From Octopus bimaculoides (Eukaryota): a stretch of 41,688 bases of DNA. Made by a program: the position numbers and the translations under genes. Under the pieces are notes generated by a model that did not search any database, was not told the origin of the DNA, and saw only the letters and a list, made by a program, of their open reading frames with translations. The first letter of the stretch is position 1, and every line of letters starts with the position of its first letter. The stretch lies in assembly GCF_001194135.2 (NCBI RefSeq), contig NC_068985.1, positions 53,190,192 to 53,231,879 on the forward strand. The letters run 5' to 3'. Shown here in pieces: positions 36,232-41,688 of this stretch.

Positions 36232-37699
36232 CTGGAAAGATTTACAAAGAATTTCAAATGGTACATATGTAATACTATGGAAAACAGTGATGGAGACAAA
36301 AAACTATATTGAAATTAAAATATATTGTAAAAGAATAAGACAACAGGCAAGAATAAATTCATAAAATAATACGGTGCAAACATGGCTGTGTGGTTAATGA
36401 ATTTCCTTCTCAACCATGTGGTTTCAGGTTCAGTCCTATTGCATGGCAACATGACCAAATGTCTTCTATTATAGCCCCAATTTGAAGGTGGCAAGCTGGC
36501 AGAAACGTTAGCACGCCAGGCGAAATGCTTAGCGGTATTTCGTCTGCCATTACGTTCTGAGTTCAAATTCCGCCGAGGTTGACTTTGCCTTTTATCCTTT
36601 CGTGTTAGTGTCTTCTTGTCTTGACATCATGAGATAGTTATAAACTAGTGTTACCATCATACAAGAAAGGTACTTCATTTCTAGCCTTCTGTGAAAACAT
36701 GTCCAGGGGAAATATCACCTTGCTTGGAAACAGGTGAGGGTTGGTAACAGGAAGGGCCTCTGGTCGTACAAGGACTGCTTCAATGGATTCCATTTGACCC
36801 ATGCAAGCATAGAAAAATAGATGTTAAAATGATGATGATAATGAAGAGGAGGGGAGGAAGAGAATAACCACATGTTTTGGTTACATAGCAGCTAACATTA
36901 CCCTATCTCAACCCAAAGAACTACTATAAAATGAGGATGGGTACATAAGTTAATAAAAAGCAAAATCTCTTGTCAAGAACAAAACTATAGTAAAGAATTT
37001 TAGAGAAAAAAAGATTAGGTGTTTTTTCTTCGTTACACCATTAACTACCAGCAACTTATTGCCTGATAAACTCAAACATTACTTCCACAAATTTGAGAAA
37101 ATTAGTCAATTCCTTTGGCATTTCTTTTAATAACACATACAAATTGTAATTGATTCTTTTCTTACCATATTTCTACTGAAACACACTATCTCTATTTCAA
37201 TTAATTTTGGAAAATAATAAAGAATTTAGTAAAATAACAACATCCTTATTAACCTTTTTTTTTTTACCATATTTTTGTTGAAACACTTTGCTTCCATTTA
37301 ATTTTGAAAGCAACAAAGAACTTAGTAAAATAATTTTTGCCAGCATGTATTGGACAGTTTGACCAGATCTGGCAAACAGGAGAGCTGCACCAGATTCCAG
37401 TCTGATTTGGTTTAGTTCCTACAGCTGGATGCCCTTCCTAATGTCAACCACTTTACCGATTGTGCTGGGTGCTTTTTACACGGTGCCAATATGTGTGCGT
37501 GTGTATCAATGTTTGTCTAATGTAATTGTAATAATTAAACTGAAGAATTACAATACATTTTGTACAGAATATATTATACTTTAACAAGAAGAGGGATGTC
37601 AGTGACTTCAAAAGTTTCGGCCAGCTGGCTTTTGTCAGACAGGTTGATAAAGAATAACTGGCTGAAACTTAGAAGATACTGTTAACTCTCTTGTAAAAG

Positions 37700-37753
<54 letters not shown>

Positions 37754-38488
37754 TGCTATTTACGTGCCACCAGCACGGAAGCCAGACAGCTGGTGCTCTG
37801 GCAATGATCACGCTCGGACGGTGCTCTTAGTTATCTACTGGTACAGATGCCATCACAATTTCGCTTTCGCTTGCCCCAACAGGTCTTCACAAGCCAAGTT
37901 TAGTGTTCAATGAAGAGACATTGGCATGGGTGCCAGTCTACAAATTGAGTTCGATTTCGATTTCACTTGCCTCAGGACAGATTTTTTTTTTTTTACAGCC
38001 AGATGCGCTTCCTGTCACCAACCCTCATCTGTTTCCAAGTCAAGTAATATTTCCCATGATCAGACATGTTTTCACAGAATACTGGAAATGAAAGACACTG
38101 CTTGTATGACAGTGACACTTCTTTTACAACTATCATACCGTGCCAAGAAAAGGAGACATCAACTTACATACACACACACACATATACAACAGGTTTCTTT
38201 TAGTTTCTGTCAACCAAATCCACTCACAAGGCTTTGATTGACCTGGAGCCATAGCAGAAGACACAAACCCAAGGTGCCACACAGTGGTACTGAACCTGGA
38301 ACCACATGGTTGCAAAGCTTCTTAACTAGAGTCACACCCATGACCAGAAATGTGACAAAAAAATTATTTTTCAAATCCAATAACTATAACAAGTTTTCTT
38401 TACAAATCTCATTCACATCAATCAAAGAGTTAGTAAACACAAACAATACAAACTCTAAGAGGAAAGACAAAACAAAAATACAACTTAC

Positions 38489-38639
38489 TTTATATATTGG
38501 GTCAAAGAGGGTTGCTTCAACTGTAGAACTACCAGTTTTAACTGACTCCACCAAGACAATGTCACCAGTTTTTCCAGCTCGTTCTAATGGCAATATGTGA
38601 GGTGGGGTCTGGTATTTAGAATCTTCAAACTTTAAGAAT
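38489..38639 (-). CDS. NUP210: gp210 exon a (151 nt): xFLKFEDSKYQTPPHILPLERAGKTGDIVLVESVKTGSSTVEATLFDPIYK
   Basis: Acceptor aaactag, donor gtaagt. Matches human [38 protein letters not shown]. Overlaps ORF 38384..38593. Confidence 0.92.
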
Positions 38640-40200
38640 CTAGTTTAAAATCGCAATATAAAAAATATTTCTTTAGACATAATCATGTATTTTTATGATA
38701 AATAAGAAACAAAATAATGCAGGAAAATTTCATTAATTTTTTTTTTTGTTCATGAACATTAACTGCTATCTTCATTAAAACACCTGTTCCTGTCCCTCTG
38801 TTGTACTTTAGCCTACCATCATCTGGCACAAAGCCACCTCCCTCAATAATACTATCTACATCAATTGAGGGCTCATCTTGTGAGTTATTTGGTGCATCAC
38901 TTGTGCCAGTGCCATGTAAAAAGCACCCAGTACACTCTGAAAAGTGATTGGCATAAGGAAGGCATCCAGTTGTAGAAAGCATAACAAAGTAGGCACTGGC
39001 ACACACTACAGTCCTCAAATCCATCACATCCTGTTGAATAGGTCAACCAATGGAAACTATGCCAAAGGAAATAGTGGAGCTTGGACAAACCTTTGGCTCA
39101 TCAGATTCTGTTGAAATATCCAACTCATGCTAGCATGGAAAATGGACTTTAAATGGTGATGATAACAGCTATGAACACTTTTGATACCAACCTGTCAAAG
39201 CCCACTCATGGTTCTATTTCAAAGTGGTCTAAATTATAACCTTCTTCAGTCAAAATCTTGTTAATTTGTTACAAACAACAGCTTAATAATGACTAAAGAA
39301 AAACTACATCTAAAATAAATAAACTTTGAAACATCTTCAGGAATATTGTTTTGACATAAGAATAAAAGGCTTCTAAAAGGTCAATGAATGTCTTCCAAAA
39401 GCTAACTTATTTTATTTTTGTATTTTTCACAACAGAAGAAACAGTATTGTAGATTAGATAATAAGATATTGATCTTTTGGGAAATCATTTGGTGGAACAA
39501 ATAAAACTCTTTCCAATTTTGGCAGAAGGCCAGCAATTTTGAGTGGGATCCAGAACACATAGAGCTGCAAGTTAATTGTATTCCTTTTAGTTTTAATGGT
39601 TTGTACTCATTTTGACAGGTTGGCATTGAATAGATAAGTACAAATTTGAATATCTATATATAGAGTGAAACAGGTTTGTGTTTATAGCTGAATACAAGAG
39701 AGTAAGGAAAATGACTGTCAGTTTGGACATATTATATATAGTTGACAAAAGAAATTATTAGACTAAATCTAAGATTCTTAGTGATCACAAAGGACACAAA
39801 ACAGAACAATAATAATAATAATAATAATCACTTTAACGTCCACTTTCTAATGCTTGCATGGGTCAGACAGTTTTATTGAGGCAGCAGGATGCTCTTCTTT
39901 TTGCCCACCCTTGCTTATTTCTAAGCAAAGTAATATTTACCCATGACCAAACATGTTTCTGCAGCACATTGAATAACATTTATTTATAACAATCATGTGA
40001 TGTCACCACAAGGAGCCTCACACAAATGCATACACAGACTCAAGCACATATATATAAACAATTGACTTCTTTCAGTTTCCATTTATCAAATTTACTCACA
40101 AGGCTTTGGTCAGCTTCAGGTTAAAATAAAATACACTTGCCCAATGTGCCATGCAATGGGACTGAACCTGAAACCATGAGGTTGAGAAGTAATCTTCTTA

Positions 40201-40414
40201 TTTCTTTATTGCCCACAGGGGCTAAACAAAGACAGACAAAAGGATTAAGTCAATTACATCGACCCCAGTGTGTAACTGGTACTTAATTTATCGACCCCGA
40301 AAGGATGAAAAGCAAAGTCGACCTCGGCAGAATTTGAACTCAGAACGTAACTGCAGATGAAGTACCGATAAGCATTTCACCCAGCGTGCTAACGTTTCTG
40401 CCAGTTCGCCGCCT
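40201..40414 (-). mobile_element. Family A SINE nested in the head of a family H SINE, 13-bp TSD
   Basis: TSD agtaatcttctta at 40188-40200 and 40418-40430. The host head resumes as ccaaacagctatgcc. Confidence 0.88.
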
Positions 40415-41465
40415 TTTAGTAATCTTCTTACCAAACAGCTATGCCTGTACAGAAAACCATTAATGGCAAATATAACTTACTGCTTAGTTTTACCCTTTTG
40501 TTGTACTCAAGAAGACCTGTCCTCCACAGCAGAAGTGTTAAGCCACATTCCCTGGTGAAGAGAATTGGCCTATAAGAGCCTTGTGCTTGTGCCACATAAA
40601 AAGCACCCAGCACACACTGTAATAAGGTCAGCATTGAGAAGGGAAGCAAGTCACCGAAACCAAACCTACTCAGACTGGAACCTGATGCAGCATTCCAGTG
40701 ATCAACCTGTGCCAGCATGGAAAATGGATATTAAAGGATGATGGTGATGATGATTATTATTTCTGTTGAAATACACTGCATCGGTTGCAATTAATTTTGA
40801 AAATAATGAGGAATGTAGTAAAATGACTTTGATATTATTAAGCTGGTGTTTGAAACATAAATTAAAATGTAATTTTGACAAGAAGTTTTAATTTAGATGA
40901 CTTTAAAACAGGGAAGTTTGTAACATAATTCCAAAGCAATCACAAGCAAGTTGCCATCTCAAAAGAGTTAATACAACCATCTGGCCCTTGAGTATCATTA
41001 ACAGAATCCACTTTCTTGTAAATATTCGAGCCACGTCTACAGTCTGAAGAAGATAACTCAATAATTTCATGTTCTGCTTTCTGCTACAACTCACAAGACT
41101 GGTTTATGCCTCCTTCCTCAACACCACCAGTCTTGGATGTCCTGCAATAATGTCATGGGAACTGACCTTGCTCTTCTTTCGTTAAGCCTAAAGAATCATG
41201 CATGCATCCATGCATACATACATACATACATACAAGGAGGTGCTGAAAAATTCCTGACTTTAAGGGTATCGTGAAAGGTGTAGTTGGAAACCCAACTTTC
41301 CAAGTTCTTTTACAGGGCTTTGAAAAACTGAAGGACTACTGCAATAAGTGTGTGAACCTGAGAGGGGAATATGTTGAATAAAATCATAATTAACTGATCC
41401 TCCTGTATTTTCTTTTACCCAAAGCCAGGAACTCTCCAGCACACCTCGTGTATGTATATATATAT

Positions 41466-41688
41466 ATCATCATCGTTTAACGTCCGCTTTCCATGCTAGC
41501 ATGGGTTGGACGGTTTGACTGAGGACTGGTGAAACCAGATGGCAACACCAGGCTCCAATCTAATTTGGCAGAGTTTCTACAGCTGGATGCCCTTCCTAAC
41601 GCCAACCACTCAGAGAGTGTAGTGGGTGCTTTTACGTGTCACCCGCACGAAAACGGCCACGCTCGAAATGGTGTCTTTTATGTGCCAC
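41466..41688 (-). mobile_element. Low-divergence family C copy running off the window edge
   Basis: Near-identical to 20471-20638 in reverse. CpG-rich, with an intact palindrome CATGCTAGCATG before the (GAT)n tail. Confidence 0.85.

Larger units (their letters stand above)
1562..38639 (-). other. NUP210: Partial NUP210/gp210 gene (18 internal coding exons; 5' and 3' ends outside window)
   Basis: Eighteen GT-AG exons join into one stop-free frame with matching intron phases (2062 nt). Peptides are colinear with human NUP210 as recalled, e.g. KWVLETGRDYEI~[30 protein letters not shown]~[32 protein letters not shown]~GRRFDNFSSLSIQW. N-glycosylation sequons NGS and NFS are retained. Confidence 0.95.

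Noticed and set aside
38683-39027. 114-aa protein-looking ORF (SIIEGGGFVPDDGRLKYNRGTGTG)
   Set aside because: It is the antisense of the family C 5' extension. The same sequence recurs at about 10655-10720 and 20960-21030, and it does not fit gp210.
40478-40570. Exon-like segment (ttatag...gtaagt) as a candidate upstream gp210 exon
   Set aside because: No frame resembles the expected GNTFSTLxGLxFEW segment and none ends in the required phase 2 without a stop. It abuts family C sequence.
1-41688. A novel multi-gene or defence-type system
   Set aside because: Everything recognisable is explained by one conserved nucleoporin gene plus decayed transposable elements. No second intact ORF, operon-like cluster or array was found.

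Overview
AT-rich eukaryotic genomic DNA with four N gaps and many (AT)n/(GT)n microsatellites. The SINE content suggests a coleoid cephalopod, probably Octopus (inference). The whole window lies inside one minus-strand gene, the nuclear pore membrane glycoprotein gp210 (NUP210). I reconstructed 18 internal coding exons from 38639 down to 1562, all GT-AG and phase-consistent: 2062 nt, about 687 codons, matching roughly residues 180-880 of human NUP210 as I recall it. The start and stop exons lie outside the window. The introns hold several modular tRNA-derived SINE families, decayed fragments of four retrotransposon groups (Penelope-like, CRE, R4/Dong-like, RTE), an internally deleted Tc1 element with both TIRs, and piggyBac-like MITEs. 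Nearly all ORFs in the supplied track are repeat, gap or intron read-through artefacts. I found no convincing new multi-gene system. The most unusual signals are local inverted-repeat structures (an 81-bp near-perfect hairpin, an 18-bp IR around a CRE fragment, tail-to-tail retroposon pairs) and module swapping or nesting among SINEs. Repeat boundaries are approximate; exon boundaries were read base by base.
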